From Antedon mediterranea (taxonomy: Eukaryota > Animalia > Echinodermata), in the NCBI RefSeq assembly GCF_964355755.1, contig NC_092676.1, positions 6,425,888 through 6,489,887 on the forward strand: a stretch of DNA of 64,000 nt. The letters are read 5' to 3'. Of this stretch, positions 27,904 through 41,424 are shown in pieces. The first letter of the stretch is position 1. Every line of letters begins with the position of its first letter. Below the pieces are notes generated by a model. The model was not told where the DNA came from. It saw only the letters and a list, made by a program, of their open reading frames with translations, and did no database searches. Position numbers and translations under genes: made by a program.

Positions 27904-29438
27904 ACTAGACATGTAACTCGTCACTTTGACGAGTTAGTTATCCGCACGACAAACGCCACGTGCACGTCATACGTTAGAATATTGCACACAGAAAAAATTA
28001 TGGCATTATGACCTGATCTGAAGAATATGATATGTTGTTAGTGCTGAATTCTGTCAATTTTGTGTCATATAGTATATACATGCAAACAGTATAATCTGTA
28101 TACATGTTACATACAGTGTAGAATAGGTGAAATTACGGGACCCGCCATTTATTCAAATTTGTAACATGGCGACGGTATCAAGATGAAACACTAAGATAGC
28201 AATTTCGGAAGCAAATTATCTCAGCAACAACATATTAACGTGTAGAAGAAATTTGAATACGTTTAATATTGATGCGCGCTCTTTTAAATATAATGAACTA
28301 TGATGCAAAAGATGAAAATACGACTTTTTTTATTTAACTGGCAATATGATGACGTCACAGCATCTGATTGGCAAAATGTTCACATGATTTCATATCTACA
28401 ATCCAAGAGCTTCCAGAAAATGTTTGAATCGTGATTATCACATTTTATTTTGACGGGCTATTACAGATTAAAATTTACTGTAAAGATGAAATTAATGACC
28501 CACGTAATTAAATTTTTATGCATGATGACGTCATAAAAATTTAAATTTTTTTATCTCATGCGAAAGATAGTTGATTGACCTAGACAATATTAAAATCTCG
28601 GAGAAAAAGAAATACGTATAAGCGTGATGCGCTCCATTGAATGTGATGAGCAATAACGAAAGACAAAAAAATCCTATATTTTACATTCGTGTGGCCATAT
28701 GATGACGTCACAACATCCGTGAGGTAAAAATTCTGCATGAATTCATATCTACAACATATCTGCTTACATATTAAGTTAAAAAAATTAGGGGTAATCGTTG
28801 ATCCTGAGAAGCTATAAAACATTCAAAATAGGCATAATTTTGACAACATTTTGTAACTTTTTCAACTAAAACGCGCGCAAATGGGCTAAATCAACGTGTT
28901 CGTATGACGTAATTTTAATTTGAAATGATGTCAATCTTTTTGAAAATGACTAGGAAAGGCTGGAAAATCACAATTCAAGAGAAAAAAACATGATTTTCAT
29001 GCTCTATGCACACCGTGCGCGTAATATTTTTCGCGCGCGCGGTAATTTTGTACATGCTTAAAATGACATGAAACGCGTAGAAAGTTGATTAGAAATTATT
29101 TTTGCGCATTTTGAAATTTTAAATGCGCGTGCGCGCGTAACTTTGTGTAAAACACGCAATTTTTTTCAAACAGAAAGTTAGCGCATGATATAAATTAAAC
29201 TTTCACAAAGTGTCAATTAAAAATCACTTTTAGTTTTTAATCTATGATCAATCATAAAAAATCATAAAATCGCGCATAAGTCACGTTGCGCAACTCTGAC
29301 GTAATTCAAAAATAGGAGGTGCACAACTTCACGTAAATGCCCACATGTTGTCAAAGTTATAAAATGTTATGTTTACACATTTTAGAGAAACGCTCTACAC
29401 AAAAATAGCGAGAAAGAAAGAAGAATAATACAGAAAAA
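27904..29438 (-). mobile_element. HINE subfamily B1 unit 16 (cap displaced to 36425-36476)
   Basis: Broken at AATACAGAAAAA|ACTAG. Confidence 0.88.
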
Positions 29439-30964
29439 ACTAGACATGTAACTCGTCACTTTGACGAGTTTGGTTATCCGCCGCGCAAGTGGTGCAACAT
29501 TAACATTAAGGGGATAGGTTGAGGACAAAAGGAAGTGTTCACGTTGGCATTATGACCTGAACTGAAGAATATGATATGTTGTTATTGCTGAATTTTATTA
29601 TTTAAATTCATACATAGTATACACAGTATAATCTGTATCCATATCACATACAGTGTAGAATAGGTGAAATTACGGGACCCGCTATTTATTGCAATTTTTA
29701 ACATGTTGGCGGTTTTAAAATGAAACGCGAAGGTAGCAATTCCGAAAGGAAATTATCTCAGCAACAACGTATTAACGTGTAGAAGAAATTTGTATACGTG
29801 AAATATTGATGCGCGCTCTTTTAAATGTAATGAATTATGACGCAAAAGATGAAAATACGATCTTTTTCATTTAACTGGCCATATGATGACGTCACAACAT
29901 CCGATTGGCAACATTTTTACATAATTTCGTATCTACAATCCAATAGCTTCCAGAAAAAGTTTTAATCGTGATTATCACATTTTTTTCTTACGAGCTATAA
30001 CAGATTAAAATTTACTGTAAAGATGAAATTAATGCCACACGTCATTTAAATTTTTAGGCATGATGACGTCAAAAAAATTAAAATATTTTTAACTCATGCG
30101 AAAGAAACTTGATTGACCTAGACAATATCAAAATCGGGGTTAAAATGGAAAACGGATAAGTGGAGATGCGCTCTATTCAATGTGATGAGCTATGACGAAA
30201 GATACAAAAATCCTAAATTTTATGTTCGCGTGGCCATACGATGACGTCACAATGTCCGGTTAGCCATATTAATACTTGATCCGATATCTAAAACTCATCT
30301 ACTTCCAGAATATGTCATCCACAAAAATTTGACCGTCTAGTTTAGAAATTACGACTGTTTAAAAAAAGGCATATTTTAAACGAATTTTTTAACCTTTTCA
30401 TAAAAAACGCGCGCAAATTGTCCAATTGGACGTGCTCGTATGACGTATCTTTAAGTCGAAATTGTTTAAAATTTGGTAAAATTACTAGAAAAAGCTGGAA
30501 AAACATAAATCACGCGAAAAAATACGTTTTCAATGCTACGTGCGCACCGCACACGTAAAAATGTGCGCACGCGTGGGAATTTTTTACATGCTTAAAACGA
30601 CATGAAACGCGTAGAAAGTTGATTATAAATTAATTTTGCGCATTTTGAAATTTTATATGCGCGTGCGCGCGTAACTTTGTGTAAAACACGCAATTTTTTT
30701 TCAACAGAAAGTTAGCGCATGATATAAATTAAACTTTTTCAAAGTTTCAAGTTGAAATGTTATTTGGTTGTCGAGCTATGTTAAATACGACAAAATCGTT
30801 AAATCGCGCGTAAGTCACGTTGCGCAATTGTAAACATCATGAAAAGCTTCGCTGCACATCTTCATGTGCATGACGATATGTTGAGAAAGTTACAAAATGT
30901 TATGTTTGCAAGTTTTCGAGAAAAGCGTTCCACAAAAATCATACAGAAAGAAAGAAGAGAAATA
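29439..30964 (-). mobile_element. HINE subfamily B2 unit 17 (cap displaced to 36358-36424)
   Basis: Broken at GAAGAGAAATA|ACTAG. Confidence 0.88.
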
Positions 30965-32394
30965 ACTAGACATGAAACTCGTCACTTTGACGAGTTAGTT
31001 ATCCGCTCGACAAACGCCACGTGCACGTCATACGTTGGAATGTTGCACACAGAAAAAGATTATGGCATTATGACCTGAACTGAAGAATATGATATGTTGT
31101 TAGTGCTAAATTCTGTCTATTTTGTGTCATATAGTATATACATTTTAAAGTACACAGTATAATCTGTATACACGTAGGCCTAATTTAAATTTTTAGGCAT
31201 GATTATGTCATAAAAATTAAATATTTTTAACACATGCATAAGATAGTTGATTGACCTAGACAATATTAAAATCTCGGAGAAAAGGGAATACAGATAAGCG
31301 TGATGCGCTCCATTTAATGTGATGAGCAATAAACGAAAGAGACAAAAATCATATATTTTACATTCGTGTGGCCATACGATGATGTCACAATGTCCGGTTA
31401 GCCATATTGATTAATGATCCTATATCTACAACTCATCACCTTCCAGAATATGTAAGTAAAAAAAAGTTTACCTCGTAGTTTAGAATCTATGATTGTTTAA
31501 AAAAAGGCATAATTTTGACGAATTTTTGAATTATTTCTTTAAAAACACGCACAAATTGTATAATTCGACGTGCTCGTATGACGTAATTTTAAGTCTAAAT
31601 TGTTTTAAAATTTTATAAAATTACTATAAAAGGCTGGAAAGACATAATTCACGCAAAAAAAGATGTTTTTAGCGCTACGTGCGGACCACGCGCGTAAAAT
31701 TGTTCGCGCGCGTGGGAATTTTTGACATGCTCAAAATGTCATGATCAGCGTAGAAAGTTGATTAGAAATTAATTTTGCGCATTTTAAATTTTAAATGCGC
31801 GTGCGCGCGTAACTTCGTTTAAAAAATGCCATTGTTAGTGCACAAAAAGTTAGCGCAAGATATAAATTAAACTTTTGCTAAGTTTCAACTTACATAGTTA
31901 TATGGTTTTCAATCTATGTTGAATACGGGAATTTCATAAAATCACGCGTAAGTCACGTTACGCATTTCTGACGTCATTCACAATAGTAGGTGCACAACTT
32001 CACGTGAATGCCCATATGTTGACAAAGTTATGAAATGTTATGTTTACACATTTTTTATATAAGCGAGACACAAAAATAGAGGAGAAATGCGCGTGCGCGC
32101 GTAACGTCTTGTAAAACATGGGATTTTTAATCCACAAAAAGTTTGCCTTTGATATGACTTAAATTTTCAGAAAGTGTCAAAATAAAATTATGCTTGGTTT
32201 TTAGCCTATGATCAATCATAAAAAATCATAAAATCGCACGTAAGTCACGTTGCGCAACTCTGACGTCATTCAAAAATAGGAGGTGCACAACTTCACGTAA
32301 ATGCCCATATGTTGACAAAGTTATGAAATGTTATGTTTACAAGTTTTTGAGATACGCGAGACACAAAAATGGAGGAGAAAGAAAGAAGAATAAT
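30965..32394 (-). mobile_element. HINE subfamily B3 unit 18 (no cap; ~400-bp deletion and ~290-bp duplication)
   Basis: subTIR TAGTTATCCGCT; deletion near 31175; AAATGCGCGTGCGCGCGTAAC block at 31793 and again at 32085. Confidence 0.85.
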
Positions 32395-33915
32395 ACTAGA
32401 CATGTAACTCGTCACTTTGACGAGTTAGTTATCCGCACGACAAACGCCACGTGCACGTCATACGTTAGAATATTGCACACAGAAAAAATTATGGCATTAT
32501 GACCTGATCTGAAGAATATGATATGTTGTTAGTGCTGAATTCTGTCAATTTTGTGTCATATAGTATATACATGCAAACAGTATAATCTGTATACATGTTA
32601 CATACAGTGTAGAATAGGTGAAATTACGGGACCCGCCATTTATTCAAATTTGTAACATGGCGACGGTATCAAGATGAAACACTAAGATAGCAATTTTGGA
32701 AGCAAATTATCTCAGCAACAACATATTAACGTGTAGAAGAAATTTGAATACGTTTTATATTGATGCGCGCTCTTTTAAATATAATGAACTATGATGCAAA
32801 AGATGAAAATACGACTTTTTTTATTTAACTTGCAATATGATGACGTCACAGCATCTGATTGGCAAAATGTTCACATGATTTCATATCTACAATCCAAGAG
32901 CTTCCAGAAAATGTTTTAATCGTGATTATCACATTTTATTTTGACGGGCTATTACAGATTAAAATTTACTGTAAAGATGAAATTAATGACCCACGTAATT
33001 AAAATTTTTAGGCATGATGACGTCATAAAAATTAAAATATTTTTATCTCATGCGAAAGATAGTTGATTGACCTAGACAATATTAAAATCTCGGAGAAAAA
33101 GAAATACGTATAAGCGTGATGCGCTCCATTGAATGTGATGAGCAATAACGAAAGACAAAAAAATCCTATATTTTACATTCGTGTGGCCATATGATGACGT
33201 CACAACATCCGTGAGGTAAAAATTCTGCATGAATTCATATCTACAACATATCTGCTTACATATTAAGTTAAAAAAATTAGGGTAATCGTTGATCCTGAGA
33301 AGCTATAAAACATTCAAAATAGGCATAATTTTGACAACATTTTGTAACTTTTTCAACTAAAAAGCGCGCAAATGGGCTAAATCAACGTGTTCGTATGACG
33401 TAATTTTAATTTGAAATGATGTCAATCTTTTTGAAAATGACTAGGAAAGGCTGGAAAATCACAATTCAAGAGAAAAAAACATGATTTTCATGCTCTATGC
33501 GCACCGTGCGCGTAATATTTTTCGCGCGCGCGGTAATTTTGTACATGCTTAAAATGACATGAAACGCGTAGAAAGTTGATTAGAAATTATTTTTGCGCAT
33601 TTTGAAATTTTAAATGCGCGTGCGCGCGTAACTTTGTGTAAAACACGCAATTTTTTTCAAACAGAAAGTTAGCGCATGATATAAATTAAACTTTCACAAA
33701 GTGTCAATTAAAAATCACTTTTAGTTTTTAATCTATGATCAATCATAAAAAATCATAAAATCGCGCGTAAGTCACGTTGCGCAGCTCTGACGTAATTCAA
33801 AAATAGGAGGTGCACAACTTCACGTAAATGCCCACATGTTGTCAAAGTTATAAAATGTTATGTTTACACATTTTAGAGAAACGCTCTACACAAAAATAGC
33901 GAGAAAGAAAGAAGA
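32395..33915 (-). mobile_element. HINE subfamily B1 unit 19 (cap displaced to 36292-36357)
   Basis: Broken at GAAAGAAGA|ACTAG. Confidence 0.88.
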
Positions 33916-35067
33916 ACTAGATTTGAACTCGTCACTACGGACGAGTTAGGTTATCCGCAGCGCAAAGGCCACGTGCACGTCGTACGTTAAAATATTGCGC
34001 GCAGAAAAACGATTAAGTAATTGAAACAATTTCAGCGTGCTCTTTATTTTTCGTCACGTCTGAGTATATACGGTATACACTATATACCGTATACGTACTA
34101 CATACAGTGCAGAATAGGTGAAAATAAGTGACCAAAGTTATTGACGCTTTTGAACATGATGACGTCATCACAATTTTTAAAATGGTGAATCGTGCGAAAG
34201 ATAATTGATAGACCTAGACAACATAAAAAAAATGGGGGGAAATGGAATACAAATAAGTGGAGATGCGCTATATTAAATGTGACGAGCTACGAGGAAAGAG
34301 ACAAAAATCCTATATTTTATATTCGAGTGGCCATATGATGACGTCAAGATGTCCGGTTAGCCATATTGATGCATGATTTGATATCTGCAACTCATCTACT
34401 ACCAGAATATGTAATTACAAAAAAGTTCACCACGTAGTTTAGAATTTATGACTGTTTAAAAAAAGGCATAATTTTGACTAATTTTTGAATTTTTCATCAA
34501 AAATGTGCGTAAATTGTTTAATTCTACGTGCTCGTATGACGTGATTTTAAGTCGAAATTGTTTGAAAGTTGGTAAATTTTCTTAAAAAGACAGGAAAAAC
34601 AAAAATCAAGCAAAAAAATGATGTTTTTGCGCTACGTGCGCACGTGCGCGTAAAAAAATTGCGCAAGCGTGGGAATTTTTCAAATGCTCAAAATGACATG
34701 AAACGCGTAGAAAGTTGATCAGATATTGATTTTTCGCATTTTGAAATTTTAAACGTGCGTGCGCGCGTAACTTTTTGTAAAACATGCCATTTTTAGTCCA
34801 TAGAAAGTTTGCGCATTATATGACTTAAATGTTCACCAAGTTTCAATACAAAATGAATTTTAGTTTTTAATCTATGATCAATCATTGAAATTCGTAAAAT
34901 CGCGCGTAACTTACGCTGCGCGACTCGAAATTTGAAAAAAAAGTTTCTTGCACATCTACAGCTACAGGGCAATCTTATGACAAAGTTATACAATCTTATG
35001 TTGGCTAGAATTAGAGATACGCTGCCCACAAAAAATGGGAGAGAAGTGTGGAAAGAAAGAAATAAAT
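33916..35067 (-). mobile_element. HINE subfamily D unit 20 (short form, no cap)
   Basis: ACTAGATTTG-AACTCGTCactacgGACGAGTT-AGGTTATCCGCA; lacks one ~360-bp internal period. Confidence 0.87.
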
Positions 35068-36291
35068 ACTAGATTTGAACTCGTCACTACGGACGAGTTA
35101 GGTTATCCGCAGTCCTAAAGCCACGTGCACGTCATACGTTGGAATATTGCGCGCAGAAAAACGATTATGCCATTGAAAAAATGTGAGTGCGCTCTCTATT
35201 TTGTGTCACGTCAAAGTGTATACGGTATACACTATATACCGTATACGTACTACATACTGTTCAGAATAGGTGAAAATAAGTGACCAAAGTTATTGACGCT
35301 TTTGGACATGATGACGTCATCACAATTTTTAAAATGGTGAATCGTGCGAAAGATAATTGATAGACCTAGACAATATAAAAAAAATGGGGGGAAATGGAAT
35401 ACAAATAAGTGAAGATGCGCTATATTAAATGTGACAAGCTACGAGGAAAGAGACAAAAATCCTATATTTTATATTCGAGTGGCCATATGATGACGTCACA
35501 ATGTCCGGTTAGCCATATTGATGCATGATTTGATATCTGCAACTCATCTACTACCAGAATATGTAATTATAAAAAAGTTCACCACGTAGTTTAGAATTTA
35601 TGACTGTTTAAAAAAAGGCATAATTTTGACTAATTTTTGAACTTTTTCATCAAAAATGCGCGTAAATTGTTTAATTCTACGTGTTCGTATGACGTGATTT
35701 TAAGTCGAAATTGTTTGAAAGTTGGTAAATTTTCTAAAAAAGACAGGAAAAACAAAAATCAAGCAAAAAAATGATGTTTTTGCGCTACGTGCGCACGTGC
35801 GCGTAAAAAAATTGCGCACGCTTGGGAATTTTTGAAATGCTCAAAATGACATGAAACGCGTAGAAAGTTGATTAGATATTGATTTTTCGCATTTTGAAAT
35901 TTTAAACGCGCGTGCGCGCGTAACTTTTTATAAAACATGCCATTTTTAATCCATAGAAAGTTTGCGCATTATATGACTTAAATGTTCACCAAGTTTCAAT
36001 ACAAAATGAATTTTAGTTTTTAATCTATGATCAATCATTGAAATTCATAAAATCACGCGTAACTTACGCTGCGCAACTCCGAAATTGTCCAAAAGCTTGG
36101 CTGCACATCTACAGCTACAGGTCAATCTTATGACAAAGTTATACAATGTTATATTTGCCAGAATTAGAGATATGCGACCAACAAAATTCGTGGAAAGAAA
36201 GAAGAACAAAGAAAAAGAAAAAGAAAAAAAAAAAAAAAAAAAAAAAGATCCTGACAATAACAAGGGGTTATCCGCCAAGTGCGGATAACCA
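35068..36291 (-). mobile_element. HINE subfamily D unit 21 (complete)
   Basis: D-type 3' end; cap GGTTATCCGCcaagtGCGGATAACCA. Confidence 0.88.
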
Positions 36292-36476
36292 ATAATACAG
36301 AAAAAAATATTGATCCCATACAATAACAAGGAGTTATCCGCCAAGTGCGGATAACTAAAAAGTTGATGTTGATGATTTCGTACAATCACAAGAGGTTATC
36401 CTGCAACTTCGTTGCGGATAACCAAATATTGATCCCATACAATAACAAGGAGTTATCCGCCAAGTGCGGATAACTA
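36292..36476 (-). repeat. Stack 2: three orphan 5' caps (B1, B2, B1)
   Basis: Sequences match the caps of complete units 13 and 14. Confidence 0.92.
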
Positions 36477-37854
36477 AATAGTATGCCTTCTACTGTTCCT
36501 AACTATAGGGGGAGAAGGTTTGAAAATAAAACTAACTTCTTTTAGACCAAATGAGCGAACAACTGTATCCACACAACCTTGCTTTCCAAAAATCACCTCT
36601 TTTATCAACGCATTATTCCTCCTGGTTAGTTATGTCCAATGACATTATTTGTGTGTCCACTTTTGTAACCAGACACGTCAATGGGAATAGGTCCAAAATG
36701 TTGCATGCCACTCAGTCTTTCAAGATGTTTTTCTTACAAATGTTCTTAGTACCCTCATCACTAGGAAGGACATATCCTGACCTGCACAAAAAATATGTAA
36801 TATCTACAAAACAAACATGTAAATACATCACATTAATATTTATGAAAATACACTAATTATTAACCATTTATCAATTTTCAATTGCAGAATTCCCATGTCT
36901 GGATTATTTTGGCTCTAACGGCCGCCCGTAACCTTGGTCATCCGGGGTGTGGTATTTGCTTATTGTAAGCGAGACAATTATATTCATACTACTTTGGCTG
37001 TTCCTGTTAAATAAAGTTTTAATATAAATCTAAGGATTATATCGCAGTCTCCTACTAATATTGGTAAGTAATAGCCAGGTGCATAGTGGGGGTAAGTAAT
37101 ATTTATAGTACAGATCCTATTGAATTTGAATTGAACCTACTACAGCTTCCAGATAATCCACACACGCTTAGGAGAAATCAGGAAATGGCCGACAAGATGC
37201 AGGCCGGACTGACCTACATATTGAGTCAGGCACAAACTGGTAACGCTAGCTAGACGTTCGGGCTATAATATTTGTAAGGTCGAGTCATTTGTGACAACAA
37301 TAAAGACTGAACGCGTGTACCTAAATCAATTTGAGGTATAATTGGGCCCCCAAACGGAAAATAAGGTTGAGCTTTTCAAGTTTGTGATAAGGTATGTATT
37401 CATTTGACATCATCAGTTATCGGGGAAATAGAGAGAAAAAGTGACTCGCCGGCGTATGAAACCGTAGCGGGTGTAAATTCATTACAAACCATTCACGCTA
37501 GCCAATTTCCTATGTATATACACGGGAATCATGGCTTCGCCTTCCCATAACTGTTGTTGTCAATCTCATAAATTGGGTTGTCTTTGTATAGTGACATGTG
37601 AGGTACATTTCCCATAAACACCTGCTGACTTCTCCTAAATTGAATTGGCTTACTATGGCAACTTGGATTTCCGAAGTTCAATATTAATATTATTATTCAC
37701 AGACCGAGAATAAGTCATGGACTTTTCCAAACAGAAATATGTACATGGTGTAGTTATTACCGATGTTACATATGTATGTTCCGCTTAAGACAGATGGTCA
37801 AGGCACCTGTTATACAAAATAAAGACATATTGTTATTAACAATGACAACACTAT

Positions 37855-38441
37855 ATTATTACAGTAACGGACGACGAAGCCCTAACAAAATACAATGCAA
37901 TCCGTGGTAAGGTCGTGCCTCTGCCTACCTAGCTATATAGTAAAGTATACATTACAGGGCTGCTATCTAATATAGGCATATCTAGGAACAGTATATAATT
38001 CGAACCTAATTCAAATGATAACAATAAAGACTGGTGCATTGTATTGCCTATTTCAAATTGTTATGCACTGATGCACCTTACTCAATCAATTTTTTCCTTG
38101 TGTGTGTTTGATTTGTGCAGTGTAAGTACTTTACTTTGATAGTATGGACAGTTCTTAACATACACAATCAACACCGCACAACATGACTTTATATAAGTGG
38201 ACAAAATGACAAAACCCACAGTATCATCATCAACATTATTATTATTGTAGTATTTCATTACAGTAACAGACCAAGCTCTAACAAATAACATAAAAAACCG
38301 TGCTAGGGACATGCCGCGGCTACCTAACCAGATAGTACGGTATACAGTAAACGCCTGATACTTAACATATAAAGGCCTACCTAGGTACAGTGCACATTTA
38401 AAACATGTCGTAATTCAATTTAAATAACAATAAAGACTGGT
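37855..38441. repeat. Diverged ~185-bp direct duplication (37855-38035 / 38255-38441)
   Basis: ATTACAGTAAC...CCGTG...CTACCTA...ATAACAATAAAGACTGGTG occurs twice, ~400 bp apart. Confidence 0.65.
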
Positions 38442-39212
38442 GGTCATAATGTCATAACATATTTCTTTGTGCAATATTCCAACGTACATCGATTATTCTC
38501 TCTTTCGTTATTGTTCATCACATTTAACAGAGCTCATCTTGCTCATACGTATTCCATTTGCGCGAGATTTTAATATTGTCTACGTCATTCAACTATCTCT
38601 CGCATGAGTTAAAAATATTTCTTTTCTTATGACATCATCATGTCTAAAAATGAAAATAACTTGGGTCACTTGTTTTCAAATTTGAAATAACTTTCAATAT
38701 GTTAGCTCGTCAGAATCAAAAGTGGTAATCATCATTAAAACGTTGTTTGAAAGCTATTGGATTGCAGATACGAATTTATGTAATTATTTTGCCTATGAGT
38801 AGTTTATTCATCTTTGTCGTCAAAGTTATACACATTTCAAAGAGCGCTCACAGCGCTTCTTGGTGCCAAATTCTCTTCCAATTCTTATATTTATTTGCTC
38901 AATTCATTGTCTTTCGAAATTGTCATCTTCGAGTTTATTTTGATAATTCTATCATACAAAACAATTAGAACATGACGTGTGTCCCTAATTTCACCAATGC
39001 TACACTGTATATAGATATACAGTATATACTGTACATAACGTATATGGCATATCAGTAGGCACAACTGAGCACTACAAGCGTATAATGGGATGGCATACAT
39101 CTACATTTTCCGATTGTATGTTGACGTACGTGTATATCTAAACATATTAATGTCAATAAAATTAGAAAAATGATCACCTACAATTCGTCAAACTGACGAA
39201 TTAAATTCTAGT
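38440..39212 (+). mobile_element. Degenerate HINE fragment in opposite orientation with an A-type 3' end
   Basis: Ends AAATGATCACCTAC-AATTCGTCAaacTGACGAATT-AAATTCTAGT; the upstream part is the reverse complement of A/B bodies. Confidence 0.85.
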
Positions 39213-41424
39213 TTATCTTCTTATTGGTAAGTGAGATATAAACATTTTACATGTTCTTACCACTTGTGGTTGAAAGTCCATAAAGTATTCAGTGAACTGA
39301 TACTTGCAATAGACTCGTTATTTTTCTTTCAGATTGTATGAAATAGTAATTGATTGACTGCTTGCTGCCTGCTAGCATTACTGCTAAATCAGATGTACAG
39401 TTTGATTTATTTGGAACTATCTAAATAGTGTAAGTAAATGTTGTTTCACCAATTTACAATTACACAGGAATTGAGTGTTTAATTATTTCTATAGACTCAA
39501 TTAGGCATTCAATTCCACTGTGTGAGAAAAAATAGATTGTATTGAATTGGCACTTTACCTAATTATGTTTTGTCATTTTGAGAACATTCCTTACTTATTC
39601 AAATCTTGTTTGAAAAGCGTGTGGTATTGGCAATTTGTAACGCTGCTAGTGCATCGTATTTGGTTATTTTAAATGTGTTCGAACCGATACACCTTATTAT
39701 TATGTTGTTTTCCCCTTGCAGTTGTTTGATTGGTGCAGTGGAATTACTGTATGTTGATAGTACGGTGAGTTTCACAGATATACAGTCAACTTTGCCTAAG
39801 CTGACTTTGAATAAGTCGCAAAAGTCAAATATCTTCAAGGTAGCAATTCCTTCCTATAGTTTACCATGTTGCATTAGTATGATTGGTTTTTATGCATTGT
39901 TTACAAGACGTCAAATGTATTGTCTTTCAGTTTGTTGTATTTCTGACATCTAAACGAGAAGTTTACACCAGTTCAAATCCCGTAAGTGTAAGAATCCAAC
40001 AAATTAGTCGTTCTTCAAACTTCCCTTTATCTACAATTTCTGAAAATTTGTACAAGGAATACATGTTACTGTTAAAATATAACATCAGGTCATATGGCAT
40101 GTTTAAGATAGCAACAGACCAATGTTTCGTACAGTAATTCTCGTCAAACAGCCTCTACTTGACAGGCCTTTTTAATCTTCCTTCTGAGCCTATAAAATAT
40201 ATCAGTTATTTTAAAGTTTCCTTCAGGTTTTTAGTGGCACTTAACAGATCATGATTTAGTAAAAGGCAAATATGATAAATGTACTAAAAGTACTTGTATG
40301 TATAGGACTATTGTAGTATTATAATGTTGCTCTAATGACCTAAATAATGAATAAGATAATACACTCTGGCATTACTGTAATTTTGATACTTCTTATACCA
40401 CGATAACAATTTACGATAAATAGCTAAACATGTTATTTATAGAACACCTCCACATTGTAAATGATGAGGCCTATGGCATGGTACATAAATGTGGCACATA
40501 CAATTTATTGATATTATTGTGCTACTCCATTCCCATCGCGAGACTGGTGGCTTTGTTTTCAACTAATATTATTATTGAGTTTTTTTTCAGTTGCATTTAA
40601 TCATTGGGGATTGTTGACATTATATTTGGCTATTAACTTTGGTTCCGTTAAACCTTACAATTCTGTTGTTTTTCATTTGCAGTTGTTAATGTTTGATTAG
40701 TGTACTTGGCACGACTGTACGTTATTGTGATTACAGTAGAAAGGTACGGTAATATTAGTATGGTTCACATTGTTAGAATATTAGGTACAGATCGTGTATT
40801 GTGTTTAAATAAACGGCCTGCAGCATTTTAAACTTATAAAAAGGAGCGTTTATTAGCGGTGAACTGTACAGTCATACATAGGGCTTTCAAAGCCTAAATA
40901 CCAAGGTGCGTCGCAGAAAGTCACAATCAAACGTCATCATTTCCATACCAAACTACTTACTGCACCTAATTAACCCAACCAGGCCTACTAGATGAGCATT
41001 TCTATTGAATTACTACATCCTATGGTGTATCGACTTGTTTTTCAAGACCACATGACAAAGACTACATCAAAATAAGCGCTCACCGTTATTACCTTATCAC
41101 AGCTGCACAACACCGGGACTTCCTGTCCTGCCTATTATTTGTAAACAGGAGAATCCTATATTTATTAGGTATGCATGGACTGTTATACGCCAATAACATC
41201 AAAAATGGAGGAGGGAAGGTGTGGCGTTTATAAGACCCTTCAGTTTCTTTGGTCATAATGAAAATGGTACTTCAAATTTCATTATCATATTTCAACATTG
41301 TTTTATAAAGGTGGTTTAGATACTGTAGGTGAGGTACATCATTAGGGACTGCTGCATTGTATTTGGCTATGAAAAATTAGTTTGCACGGAAACATCTAAT
41401 TATTCCGTTCTTTTTCCCTTACAG

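Noticed and set aside
4124-36389. Dozens of recurring 60-115-aa ORFs (MTPNFFN..., MIIFII..., MFYSFSG...)
   Set aside because: They recur only because the HINE unit repeats. Starts are often non-ATG, copies carry frameshifts and stops, and no domain motifs are visible.
36247-36476. Short palindromic repeats with spacers resembling a CRISPR array (also 19951-20077 and 57387-57596)
   Set aside because: The 'spacers' are not unique, each unit equals a transposon 5' cap, there are no cas genes, and the context is eukaryotic.
4089-36476. Simple satellite, rDNA-spacer-like array or integron-like cassette array
   Set aside because: Units belong to several subfamilies with transposon termini and nested caps; no rRNA or integrase is present.
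39213-39240. Imperfect hairpin TATCT..AGATA as a + strand 5' cap
   Set aside because: Weak pairing and no complementary 3' subTIR found downstream of the ORF.
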